Below, in pieces: positions 1 through 8,781 of a DNA stretch of 50,732 bases. A program made the position numbers and the translations under genes. Each line of letters opens with the position of its first letter. The stretch's first letter is position 1. The notes beneath the pieces are model-generated. The model searched no databases. It had not been told where the DNA came from and saw only the letters and a program-made list of their open reading frames with translations. Source of the DNA: Pseudomonadota bacterium (lineage in GTDB: Bacteria > Pseudomonadota > Gammaproteobacteria > Francisellales > Francisellaceae); the NCBI GenBank assembly GCA_027621155.1, contig JAQCCA010000001.1, forward strand, positions 1-50,732, given 5' to 3'.

Positions 1-217
1 CACAACCCCAAGCTTAAAATGCTTTTAGTCCTTGCAAAAAGTATAGACTTAAAATATTTATATGCATCTAAAAACTGAGTAATTCTAAACAAATAAATAA
101 GTTTTACCAGAATTTTATGCATTTAAATTGAAATTGATCAGTTTTGCCACAGCAGCAGTAGGGCTTTAGGTAAATTATCGTTATACTGAAAAAATTATTA
201 AGAAGCACTTATGCTAG

Positions 218-2305
218 ATGTTTTTATTTTATAAGCTGAATAAAATTATTCACAGTTACCTAAATGATCAGCAGCGTGCGCTAGTAGCAGATGCTTTTTT
301 ATTTGGTGCTGATGCGCATGAGCTGCAGGTTAGAAGCTCTGGCGAGCCTTATTTTACCCATCCAGTGGCAGTTGCATGTGTATTGGCAGGCATGCGCCTT
401 GATTGTGAAACGGTGATTGCCGCCTTGTTGCATGACACGATTGAAGATACTGACGTTTCATCAGAGATTATTGCCAAACGCTATGGTGAGAAAACAGCCC
501 AATTGGTTGAAGGTGTTACCAAGTTAAGCAAGATCGAAACCCATTCAAAAGCAGAATTACAAGCCGAGAATTTCCGTAAAATGGTTTTGGCAATGGTGCA
601 GGATATTCGTGTTATTTTGATTAAGCTGGCTGATCGGTTGCATAATATGACAACTCTTGCGCCACTTCGCCCAGATAAGCGTCGACGGATTGCATTAGAG
701 ACTCTGGAGATTTATGCCCCGATTGCGCATAGATTGGGGATGCATCACATCAAAAACTCATTTGAAGAGTTAGCCTTTGAGGCAATGTATCCTTATCGTT
801 ATAAGACGCTTAAAACAAAAGTATTACACGCGCAAAAGCATCGTGATCGCTTGTTTCGTAAGATTATGGAGAGATTACAGCATCATTTAGCTGAGCTGCT
901 AGAAAGTGAGCAGTTGGTTTCTGGACGCAAGAAACGTTTATATAGTATTTATCGCAAGATGCGTGATAAAGAGATGTCATTCTCTGAAATCATGGATATC
1001 TATGCTTATAAAGTGATCGCACCAACACGACGTGAGTGTTATATGATCCTAGGTGCAATTCATGAGATTTTCAGACCTATTCCTGGACGCTTTAAAGATT
1101 ATATTGCGACACCAAAAGCTAATGGTTATCAGTCATTGCATACCACCGTTTTTGGTCCTTATGGTGTGCCAATTGAAGTGCAGATAAAAACCAAAATGAT
1201 GGATGATACGGCAGAGAAAGGGGTTGCCGCACATTGGATTTATAAGGCGAAATCATTAAGCCATGATAATGCTCAAAAGTGGCTAGAGAAGCTTTCTGAT
1301 TTGCAACAACACGTCACTAAATCAACGGATTTTGTGGAAAGTGTTAAGCTTGATTTATTCCCTGACGAGGTTTATGTGTTCACGCCAAATGGTGAGATTA
1401 TCGAACTGCCCAAAAGCGCGACCTGCGTTGACTTTGCTTATCACATTCATACCGATATTGGTAATCACTGCATTGCGGCTAAGGTCAATCGCAGAATCAC
1501 GCCACTGAGTTATGTATTAACCCATGGTGACACCGTTGAGATCATTACCTCGCCTAATGCCCATCCAAATCCAGCATGGCTTGAGTTTATTAAAACAGCG
1601 CGAGCAAAACACGCGATAAAGCATGCTTTAAAGCGCCATGAGCATGAGGAGTTTGTGCATATTGGGCAGCAGATTTTGACACAAGCACTACTTAAAAACC
1701 ATATGGATTTTTCGACTATTTCAGCGGAATTATTACAAGAAGCGTTAGTTGAGTTTAATTTCCCTGGTATTGCTGAGCTCCATGCAGCCATTGGGCAGGC
1801 ACATTTCTCAGCAAATATGTTTGTGCGTTTTGTTGAGCAAAAACAGCAGCTTGAGAGTGATGGTTATGACTCACAACGCAAATTACTGATTGATGATAGT
1901 TATTTGCGCCAATTAGCAAGCTGTTGCACACCAATTCCTGATGATCCAATTATTGGTGTATTGATCTCTGACAAAGGGTTAATGATTCATCGCCTCAAAT
2001 GTAATGAGTTATTAAAGCTTAAAAAAACACATGAAATTATTGAGACACAATGGGCAAAAGACTGCACGGGTTATTATCCGGTGAAGCTGCGCGTTAGTTT
2101 GCAGAATGTACAAGGTGCGATTGCCAAAGTTACTGCCAATATCTCACGCCACGATGCACAAATTTTAAGTTTTAATATTCTGGAGTCTGATGCGCAATAT
2201 GGTATTGTGCAGACGATGATTGAAGTCAAAGACCGTGTGCATTTGGCACGCGTTATCCGTGGGTTAAAGCACTTAAAAATATGTCTTAAAATAGAGCGTA
2301 TTTAA
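218..2305 (+). CDS. spoT: Bifunctional (p)ppGpp synthetase/hydrolase SpoT
   Basis: R-x-SGEPY..HP, intact HD hydrolase motif ALLHDTIED, LIKLADRLHNM, synthetase motifs RFKDYIA.PK.NGYQSLHT (RxKD type), TGS domain (FTPNGE..LP..AT..DFAY.IHT), C-terminal ACT-like region. Confidence 0.95.
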   Translation: MFLFYKLNKIIHSYLNDQQRALVADAFLFGADAHELQVRSSGEPYFTHPVAVACVLAGMRLDCETVIAALLHDTIEDTDVSSEIIAKRYGEKTAQLVEGVTKLSKIETHSKAELQAENFRKMVLAMVQDIRVILIKLADRLHNMTTLAPLRPDKRRRIALETLEIYAPIAHRLGMHHIKNSFEELAFEAMYPYRYKTLKTKVLHAQKHRDRLFRKIMERLQHHLAELLESEQLVSGRKKRLYSIYRKMRDKEMSFSEIMDIYAYKVIAPTRRECYMILGAIHEIFRPIPGRFKDYIATPKANGYQSLHTTVFGPYGVPIEVQIKTKMMDDTAEKGVAAHWIYKAKSLSHDNAQKWLEKLSDLQQHVTKSTDFVESVKLDLFPDEVYVFTPNGEIIELPKSATCVDFAYHIHTDIGNHCIAAKVNRRITPLSYVLTHGDTVEIITSPNAHPNPAWLEFIKTARAKHAIKHALKRHEHEEFVHIGQQILTQALLKNHMDFSTISAELLQEALVEFNFPGIAELHAAIGQAHFSANMFVRFVEQKQQLESDGYDSQRKLLIDDSYLRQLASCCTPIPDDPIIGVLISDKGLMIHRLKCNELLKLKKTHEIIETQWAKDCTGYYPVKLRVSLQNVQGAIAKVTANISRHDAQILSFNILESDAQYGIVQTMIEVKDRVHLARVIRGLKHLKICLKIERI

Positions 2306-3498
2306 TTAAGAATTCTTTCTGCCTCCTCAAAAGAGCGTTTAATGCAATCCTCAACGGCTAAGCGCGTAAAGTAGTTACCCGTTAATGCTAAACTGTTGTC
2401 TTTGCTTAGCTCACTATTAATCCCGTCAATAAACTGTTGGTGTTGTGATTGATAACATGGCACGCTATTGTTTTTATGTTTGAGATCAATCAAGGCATCT
2501 TTAGGAATATTAAGCTTTGATAAAAACCCATCAACTGATTGTTGGTAAGGGATGTTTGTGTTTTTAAAATGCACTGTCATGCCACGGTATTTCTCATGCG
2601 TTACTGTGTCGCGCGCCACCATCGAAAAGAAGTCTTGATTCACACCAATTAAGCCATTGATTGGCTTAATATGTTTGATCTTGTCTTTATCAAAAACTAA
2701 AGCAACTGTTATGAGTTTAGAAATCTCAGGCTGATGCTGAAGATGAATAAGTGGGTGGTTAAGTTGCGCAAGCAAGCGATAGCAAACATGCCATGGTGTC
2801 GCCAAAACTAATTTATCTGCTGTGAATACACCATTATTTGTGGTGATATGCCACTGTTTGTTTTGCTGCTCAACGCTCATCACTTGAGTGTTTAGATTGA
2901 TCTTTGTATTTGGGTTGTCTGTGTGTGTAAACAAACTTGACATGCCATGCTTAAAAGTAAAGCTGCGTGGTAAACGCTTATCTTTGGCGCGCGCTTTAAA
3001 AAGAAAGTCAGCCGGAAAGTGTTGGCTATCTTGACAAAGTACGGCATCAAAGCAATAACGTAGTGTTTTTTGATAATTTTGAGATCCAAAGACAAAGCTG
3101 AAATATTCTTCAACAGTACGATCATTAGCATGACTAAATTTAAATAGCGGCAAACCAAGACCTGCGCGAATTGGGTTGAGTTTACTTATAACACTGGCAA
3201 TTTGATGTTGTGCTGTTAGTAGTTTAAAGGGGTGTTTTTCACGTTTTTGCAACTGATTCAGGAGTCCGTTATCACGACAAAAACTAATTAAATGCTGATA
3301 AGAGTTATAAATGGTATGCGTGCCGAGTTCAAGCCAGAAATCACGTGTTTTGGGGCTGTGATAAGTTTCAATACAGCCGCCGAGTTTGTCATTTTGCTCA
3401 AGGATAATACTTTTATATCCTTTAAGCGCTGCAAAGTGTGCAAAGCTTACCCCTGAGATGCCGCCACCAATAATAGCAATCGAATGGTGTTCTGCCAT
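2302..3498 (-). CDS. FAD-dependent oxidoreductase, protoporphyrinogen/coproporphyrinogen oxidase (HemY/HemG)-like
   Basis: N-terminal GGGISG dinucleotide-binding motif, E..KLGG.I.T, LELGTHT, C-terminal LTGNY...LAVEDCI typical of the HemY/amine-oxidase fold; shorter than canonical HemY; stop overlaps spoT stop (TTAA). Confidence 0.65.
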   Translation of the reverse strand: MAEHHSIAIIGGGISGVSFAHFAALKGYKSIILEQNDKLGGCIETYHSPKTRDFWLELGTHTIYNSYQHLISFCRDNGLLNQLQKREKHPFKLLTAQHQIASVISKLNPIRAGLGLPLFKFSHANDRTVEEYFSFVFGSQNYQKTLRYCFDAVLCQDSQHFPADFLFKARAKDKRLPRSFTFKHGMSSLFTHTDNPNTKINLNTQVMSVEQQNKQWHITTNNGVFTADKLVLATPWHVCYRLLAQLNHPLIHLQHQPEISKLITVALVFDKDKIKHIKPINGLIGVNQDFFSMVARDTVTHEKYRGMTVHFKNTNIPYQQSVDGFLSKLNIPKDALIDLKHKNNSVPCYQSQHQQFIDGINSELSKDNSLALTGNYFTRLAVEDCIKRSFEEAERILN

Positions 3499-3511
3499 GA
3501 TAATATTCCTT

Positions 3512-4492
3512 TTATGCAGATAATGCTTGAACTAATGAGGTTGCATATGCGCCTGTACCTAAGCTAAAGCTCAGTGTTAAGGTGTTTTCTGATTCGTTAT
3601 AGTCATACTCGAGAGTATCAGGATATGCATAGATGCTGCGAAATTGCATCTCGCAATGCGTTGTTAAATACTCAATAAACTTGCCATGAGTTTGCGTAAA
3701 CTGCTCATATTGATGCAATGCCTCATTGCTGAAAAATAGCTTTTGCTGTTTACCAATCAATGGTGCGGCAATGCTTAACTCTTTGGACTCAATACGCTGT
3801 TGGATTTCGCCTTGATTCTCCGCAGTGACTTGAAAGACGCTATTGCCATCACTAAAGCCGACAATATCACCGATTAGCGCTATTTGATCTGTGTGGTTTT
3901 GTTGGCGAAACTGAACATAAGCATTAAATAAAAAGCTGCGCATAACCGATAATAAAAAGCCATGATCTTTTGGATTAAGCTTGATTTTACCGTCAATAAC
4001 ATCATGCGCTTGCTGTAAATTATCGTGACCAAAACGTTGCTCACCAAAAAGGTTAATAAAGCCATTTTGCATAATATGTTTAATCTTGGGCTCTATTTCT
4101 GCAAAGGGTAATGTTAAATCACGCAACACAAGGGTAAAGCGATTGGCTTTGTGGCTGCCAATTTTAAGCTTTTTATTGTGGCGACTGATGCGTAGAATGT
4201 TGCAATTTTCTACATCAAACTCACTAAAATCGATATCAGCTTTACCTGGGTAATATAGCGAGAACCACTGGCGAGTAATCGCGTGTTTATCTTTCAAACC
4301 ACTGTAACCAATATCGCGCTGCTTAAGGCCGGTATATTGAGATAGTGCACGAATAATATCTTTGGTATTTAAACCATTTTTCTCGATAAAAAGCCAAATA
4401 TGCTCACCTTCACCAGTTAAATCAAAATCAAAGATTTCTTCAACCAGAAAGTCTTCGTGATAGGTTTTGAGGGCGCCAATCAATTGACTCAT
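3512..4492 (-). CDS. truD: tRNA pseudouridine(13) synthase TruD
   Basis: EDFLVEE, GEGEH, GYSGLKDKHAITRQW (catalytic Asp), N.FGEQRFG, L..GAYAT. Confidence 0.93.
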   Translation of the reverse strand: MSQLIGALKTYHEDFLVEEIFDFDLTGEGEHIWLFIEKNGLNTKDIIRALSQYTGLKQRDIGYSGLKDKHAITRQWFSLYYPGKADIDFSEFDVENCNILRISRHNKKLKIGSHKANRFTLVLRDLTLPFAEIEPKIKHIMQNGFINLFGEQRFGHDNLQQAHDVIDGKIKLNPKDHGFLLSVMRSFLFNAYVQFRQQNHTDQIALIGDIVGFSDGNSVFQVTAENQGEIQQRIESKELSIAAPLIGKQQKLFFSNEALHQYEQFTQTHGKFIEYLTTHCEMQFRSIYAYPDTLEYDYNESENTLTLSFSLGTGAYATSLVQALSA

Positions 4493-4857
4493 TGTTTTTC
4501 TTCTCCCTCAGAAGCATAGTCTTTAGGGTATTGTGGCTCATTGTTGAGCTGATGGGTTTTTTCTTTATCGCGATAGGCTTTGGGCTGCAATAAAGACTGC
4601 CTTGATGGGTCAAGATTAAGCTTAACACTGTATTCTTGCGAATGCTTTTGCAGCTCAGAAAATTGCCGATAGATGTTCTCCATAATCTCATGTGTTTTAT
4701 GCACATGTTCATTTATGGTGTTCTGGTAGTGGGTCAGTAGTTTTTTGGTTTCATCTAATTCAGTGCTTAGATTTTTGCTACTTTTACGCATGCTTAAGCC
4801 AATAGCAAGCCCGATGATAAAAGCGGCGATAACACCTAAAATTAACGAAATAAGCAT
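4489..4857 (-). CDS. YhcB/ZapG (DUF1043) family membrane-anchored coiled-coil protein
   Basis: N-terminal TM helix, coiled coil, C-terminal PKDYA motif; 4-nt overlap with truD start. Confidence 0.75.
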   Translation of the reverse strand: MLISLILGVIAAFIIGLAIGLSMRKSSKNLSTELDETKKLLTHYQNTINEHVHKTHEIMENIYRQFSELQKHSQEYSVKLNLDPSRQSLLQPKAYRDKEKTHQLNNEPQYPKDYASEGEEKQ

Positions 4858-4865
4858 GTTTGCTC

Positions 4866-5345
4866 CTATTGTTGATAAATAAGGGTAACCGCATGGCAGG
4901 CGATACCTTCTTTTCTGCCGGTAAACCCAAGTTTTTCAGTCGTAGTTGCCTTGATGTTAACTTGATTTAACGTAAGCTGCAACAGCGTTGCAATACATTG
5001 ACGCATTTCAAAAATATAAGGGGCAAGCTTTGGCACTTGAGCAACAACAGTGACATCAATATTGGCAATGTCATAACCCTCTGCTTGGATGCCGTGTTGC
5101 GCATGCACTAAAAAATCTTTACTTGCTTGATTTTTATGTTTGGGGTCAGTGTCAGGGAAATGCTGACCAATATCACCTAAAGCACCAGCACCAAGGATTG
5201 CGTCGGTAATGGCATGTAAAATGACATCACCATCGGAGTGCGCTTGAAGAGAAAAAGGCGCATCAACCTTAATTCCTCCAAGCATTAATGGTTTATCTTC
5301 GCTACTGATGCGATGCACATCATAGCCGTGACCAATGCGAAACAT
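4866..5345 (-). CDS. ispF: 2-C-methyl-D-erythritol 2,4-cyclodiphosphate synthase
   Basis: RIGHGYDVH, HSDGDV..HA..DA.LGA...GDIG.HFP, KATTTEKLGFTGR.EGIA; start moved to ATG at 5345 (MFRIG), 2 nt after the upstream stop. Confidence 0.96.
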   Translation of the reverse strand: MFRIGHGYDVHRISSEDKPLMLGGIKVDAPFSLQAHSDGDVILHAITDAILGAGALGDIGQHFPDTDPKHKNQASKDFLVHAQHGIQAEGYDIANIDVTVVAQVPKLAPYIFEMRQCIATLLQLTLNQVNIKATTTEKLGFTGRKEGIACHAVTLIYQQ

Positions 5346-5347
5346 TA

Positions 5348-5725
5348 TTAATCCTCGATACTTAATGGGAAGCTGTTGCCAACCCATGCACGAAAACCAC
5401 CATCCACTGAGATAACATTGTCATAACCCATTTTTTGTAGATTGTCAGCACTTAATGTTGAGCGAAAACCACCACCGCAATATAAGTACATCTTTTGATT
5501 TTTGTTAGGAATGAGTTGTTCAATTTTTACTTCAATAATTCCGCGGCTTAAATGACTAGCATTGGGTAAATGCGAATGCGCAAACTCAGACTCTTCACGG
5601 ACATCAATAAGAAGACCATCTAATGTGTTGTTGTCAAGCATATGTTTAATGTGGAAAACATCACACTCTTTGATGCGTGTTTTGGCATCATTGACTAGTT
5701 TAAGAAATTCAGTATTATGTTGCAT
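5348..5725 (-). CDS. Single-domain rhodanese-like sulfurtransferase
   Basis: LIDVREESEF..SHLPNA, active-site loop YCGGGFRS, DGGFRAW. Confidence 0.9.
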   Translation of the reverse strand: MQHNTEFLKLVNDAKTRIKECDVFHIKHMLDNNTLDGLLIDVREESEFAHSHLPNASHLSRGIIEVKIEQLIPNKNQKMYLYCGGGFRSTLSADNLQKMGYDNVISVDGGFRAWVGNSFPLSIED

Positions 5726-5886
5726 CTTACGTCCTTTGCATTTTTCTATTTAACAGTTGATGATTGTACACGTAGTCTCCATCTGTGAGTTAGTGTTTTT
5801 AGCCTTTGATTTTTTTGGTTCTTGAACTTTGAATCTTCTCTGCTACAGTCGGAGTTAATGGTGTTGCAGGATAGGCTTAAGGATAA

Positions 5887-6681
5887 GTGATGGCAGTTTT
5901 TCAACAAAATAATGTGACTATCTATTTTGAGCAGCATGGCAAAGGACCTGATTTAGTATTGATTTCGGGATTGTCGGCGGATGTAAGCTTTTGGCAGAAA
6001 ATGTTACCAATATTATCGCAACACTATCGAGTAACAGTGTTTGATAATCGAGGCGTTGGACGGTCCACGCAAACCATCAAGCACTTTAGTATTGAGGATA
6101 TGGCAGCAGATACTCTGTCATTACTTAAGTATTTGGGTATTACTAAAGCGCATATCGTGGGACATTCTATGGGTGGCGCTATTTTGCAAATGATGTTGAA
6201 GATGGCACCAGAGCTTGTCAATGTGGCAATGCTTGTTTGCTCATTAGCGCGCTTGCCAATTATTGCGCACATGCATGTTGAATCAGTTGAGGAAGTTATT
6301 GCATTGGGCGCACCTTTATCATTAATTGAGAAAATTGTCTTACCATGGATTTACTCTGAAAGGTTACTAAAAAACAAAGAGTGTCTTGATGAAGAAATTC
6401 ATTATCTTACACGCCAAGCAGTGCCGCAGTCTAAGTTAGCGCTACATGCACAGATCAGTGCGGTTGAAGGCTTTGATATGACAAAGGATCTTGCACTTAT
6501 CACACATCCTGTTGTAGTCGTTGTCAGTGATGAGGATATTCTGACACCAATGTCATTATCACGTGAGATTTGTGATCTATTACCTAATGCAAAACTTGAA
6601 ATGATACATGGTGCTGGGCATATGTTACCTAGAGAGAAAGCAGACGAGCTGACTAATTTGATTTTAAAGTATTGCAATTAG
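5887..6681 (+). CDS. Alpha/beta fold hydrolase (enol-lactonase/RutD-like)
   Basis: DNRGVGRS, nucleophile elbow GHSMGG, acid D in SDED, His in GAGH. Confidence 0.85.
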   Translation: MMAVFQQNNVTIYFEQHGKGPDLVLISGLSADVSFWQKMLPILSQHYRVTVFDNRGVGRSTQTIKHFSIEDMAADTLSLLKYLGITKAHIVGHSMGGAILQMMLKMAPELVNVAMLVCSLARLPIIAHMHVESVEEVIALGAPLSLIEKIVLPWIYSERLLKNKECLDEEIHYLTRQAVPQSKLALHAQISAVEGFDMTKDLALITHPVVVVVSDEDILTPMSLSREICDLLPNAKLEMIHGAGHMLPREKADELTNLILKYCN

Positions 6682-6926
6682 CGCCTTGATAGGCTTGAGT
6701 GATGCATAATCCAGTAAATAAACAAGCCCCAAACACCGGTAATGAGGACGGTGATAACCCAAGCAAAGTTTGGCATCATTTGTGGTGTAACGTTATGCTT
6801 GGTGAAATTATTTAAATCACGAATGACTGCTAACGTGCAAACAAGATGCACGATGACAGTGAATGCACTGATAACGTAATAAATGTTTTGATACAGATTG
6901 ATCACGGCTTGGTGGAAATAATCCAT
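6678..6926 (-). CDS. Small two-TM hypothetical membrane protein
   Basis: 82 aa, two hydrophobic helices, AAGGA RBS upstream, follows LOG gene on same strand. Confidence 0.7.
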   Translation of the reverse strand: MDYFHQAVINLYQNIYYVISAFTVIVHLVCTLAVIRDLNNFTKHNVTPQMMPNFAWVITVLITGVWGLFIYWIMHHSSLSRR

Positions 6927-6952
6927 GGTGATTCCTTCATGCTTTTTGAATT

Positions 6953-7690
6953 TTAAAAAATAAACTCAGGTTTTTTGTCAATATCTTTACGCTGATTATG
7001 TTGGTGATGTTCGCTAATGATCTCAACAACTTCGTCAATCGAGTCAGTCATGATCAAAAGCTCAGTGTCGCCCTCACTAATAACGCCCTCGGCAACAAGC
7101 TTTGTCTTAATCCATTCAACCAATCCACCCCAGAAACTGGTGTTAAATAGAATGATAGGCATATGACGCTTTTTCTTAGTTTGCACTAAAGTGGCAATAT
7201 CAAAAAGCTCGTCCAATGTGCCAAAGCCGCCAGGCATGCCAATATATGCCATTGAGTGTTTAACAAACATTGCTTTACGTGTGAAAAAATAACGATAGTG
7301 TAAGGAGATATCTTGGTGCTGGTTTGGCACCTGTTCAAAAGGCAAATGAATATTTAAACCAATACTTAAGCCTTCACCTTTTGACGCGCCAATGTTGCCT
7401 GCTGCCATAATGCCATGACCGCCTCCAGTAATAATACTAAAGCCTTCGTTGGATAATCTGCGCGCGATTTCCTCTGCATCTTTAAAGTGTGGGGAGGTGC
7501 TTGGTAGGCGAGCCGAGCCAAAGATACTTACCGCTGGCTGAATGTCATCTAGGCGTTCATAACCTTCGACGAGCTCTGACATGACTTTGAAAATATTCCA
7601 AGTAGCACGTGATTGGTCAAAGTGGACATTACCATAAGTCGTTGCGTCTGTGTGCGAACGTGGATGAACGGTTTTTCTTGTTTTATTCAT
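6953..7690 (-). CDS. LOG family (TIGR00730) Rossmann-fold nucleotide phosphoribohydrolase
   Basis: SIFGSAR, TGGG.GIM, FFTRKAMF, PGGFGTLDE signature. Confidence 0.92.
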   Translation of the reverse strand: MNKTRKTVHPRSHTDATTYGNVHFDQSRATWNIFKVMSELVEGYERLDDIQPAVSIFGSARLPSTSPHFKDAEEIARRLSNEGFSIITGGGHGIMAAGNIGASKGEGLSIGLNIHLPFEQVPNQHQDISLHYRYFFTRKAMFVKHSMAYIGMPGGFGTLDELFDIATLVQTKKKRHMPIILFNTSFWGGLVEWIKTKLVAEGVISEGDTELLIMTDSIDEVVEIISEHHQHNQRKDIDKKPEFIF

Positions 7691-7745
7691 TTTTTATTAT
7701 CGTATTCCATAATGATAGCGCAATATGGTAACACAAACTTCGATA

Positions 7746-7911
7746 TATACCCACCACAAACCAATTTACAGAATTTCTTGCTTTACATTTCACGTGCTTT
7801 TGATAAGTTGGATTTTGGCAATAGTCCTAGCTATTACCTGCAATCCAACTTATCAAAAGCCTCACAAACTGCTTTGCAACTAAACACCGAAAATGATTTG
7901 TGGTGGGTATA
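7746..7911. repeat. 166-bp imperfect palindromic element (ERIC/IRU-like MITE or structured RNA)
   Basis: Perfect 16-bp IR 7745-7760/7897-7912, perfect 19-bp inner IR 7796-7814/7842-7860, apical GGCAATAG/CTATTACC stem; termini TATACCC...GGGTATA. Confidence 0.8.
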
Positions 7912-7992
7912 TGCTATGTTAGGTGCTGCGTAATTTAAGAAATTATTGCATAATAAGCGCCAATTAAGCATATCATTAAAACAAAAGGAAAC

Positions 7993-8781
7993 ATGATGGG
8001 TTTTTTAACAGGTAAAAAAGTTTTAATCGTCGGTCTTTTAAGTAATAAGTCGATTGCCTACGGTGTTGCTGAAGCTATGCATCGCGAAGGTGCTGAGCTT
8101 GCATTTACTTATCAAAATGAGCGTTTTAAAGAGCGTATTGAGAAGCTGACTGCACACTATAATCCTGCCGCACTTATCGAGTGTGATGTTACCAATGATG
8201 AGCAGATCGATAATGTGTTTGTTGAACTTAGTAAAAAATGGGATGGCTTAGATAGCATTATCCACTCAGTAGCTTATGCGCCAGCTGATCAGCTTGAGGG
8301 TGATTTTATTTCAGCGGTTAATCGTGAAGGCTTTAAAGTGGCGCATGATATTAGTGCTTACAGCTTTGCTGCATTAGCAAAGGCGGGACGTAGCATGATG
8401 CAAAATCGCAATGGCTCTTTAGTGACGCTAACTTATCTTGGTGCTGAGCGCGCGATGCCAAGTTATAACACAATGGGGATTGCCAAAGCATCACTTGAGG
8501 CAACCGTGCGTTACACGGCATTGTCTTTGGGTGCAGAGGGCATTCGTGCTAACGCTGTTTCAGCAGGACCAATTCGCACATTGGCAGCATCGGGCATTAA
8601 GAGCTTCAGAAAAATGCTTGATTATAATGCGCAAGTAGCACCGCTTAAGCGTAATGTTGATATTATTGAAGTTGGTAATACCGTCGCATTCTTAGCATCT
8701 GATCTTGCCAGCGGCATTACGGGTGAAGTGGTCTACGTCGATGCTGGTTACCATTGTGTGAGCATGGGTGGAATGGAGTAA
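7993..8781 (+). CDS. fabI: Enoyl-ACP reductase (NADH)
   Basis: SIAYG.A, LTYLG, YNTMG.AKASLE (YxxMxxxK), [17 protein letters not shown]. Confidence 0.96.
   Translation: MMGFLTGKKVLIVGLLSNKSIAYGVAEAMHREGAELAFTYQNERFKERIEKLTAHYNPAALIECDVTNDEQIDNVFVELSKKWDGLDSIIHSVAYAPADQLEGDFISAVNREGFKVAHDISAYSFAALAKAGRSMMQNRNGSLVTLTYLGAERAMPSYNTMGIAKASLEATVRYTALSLGAEGIRANAVSAGPIRTLAASGIKSFRKMLDYNAQVAPLKRNVDIIEVGNTVAFLASDLASGITGEVVYVDAGYHCVSMGGME

Noticed and set aside
5746-5937. 63-aa minus-strand ORF upstream of the rhodanese gene
   Set aside because: Overlaps the hydrolase start and promoter region; no motif; likely spurious.
7613-7933. 106-aa plus-strand ORF across the LOG/fabI spacer
   Set aside because: Overlaps the LOG start antisense, runs through the palindromic element, has no RBS or recognisable motif.
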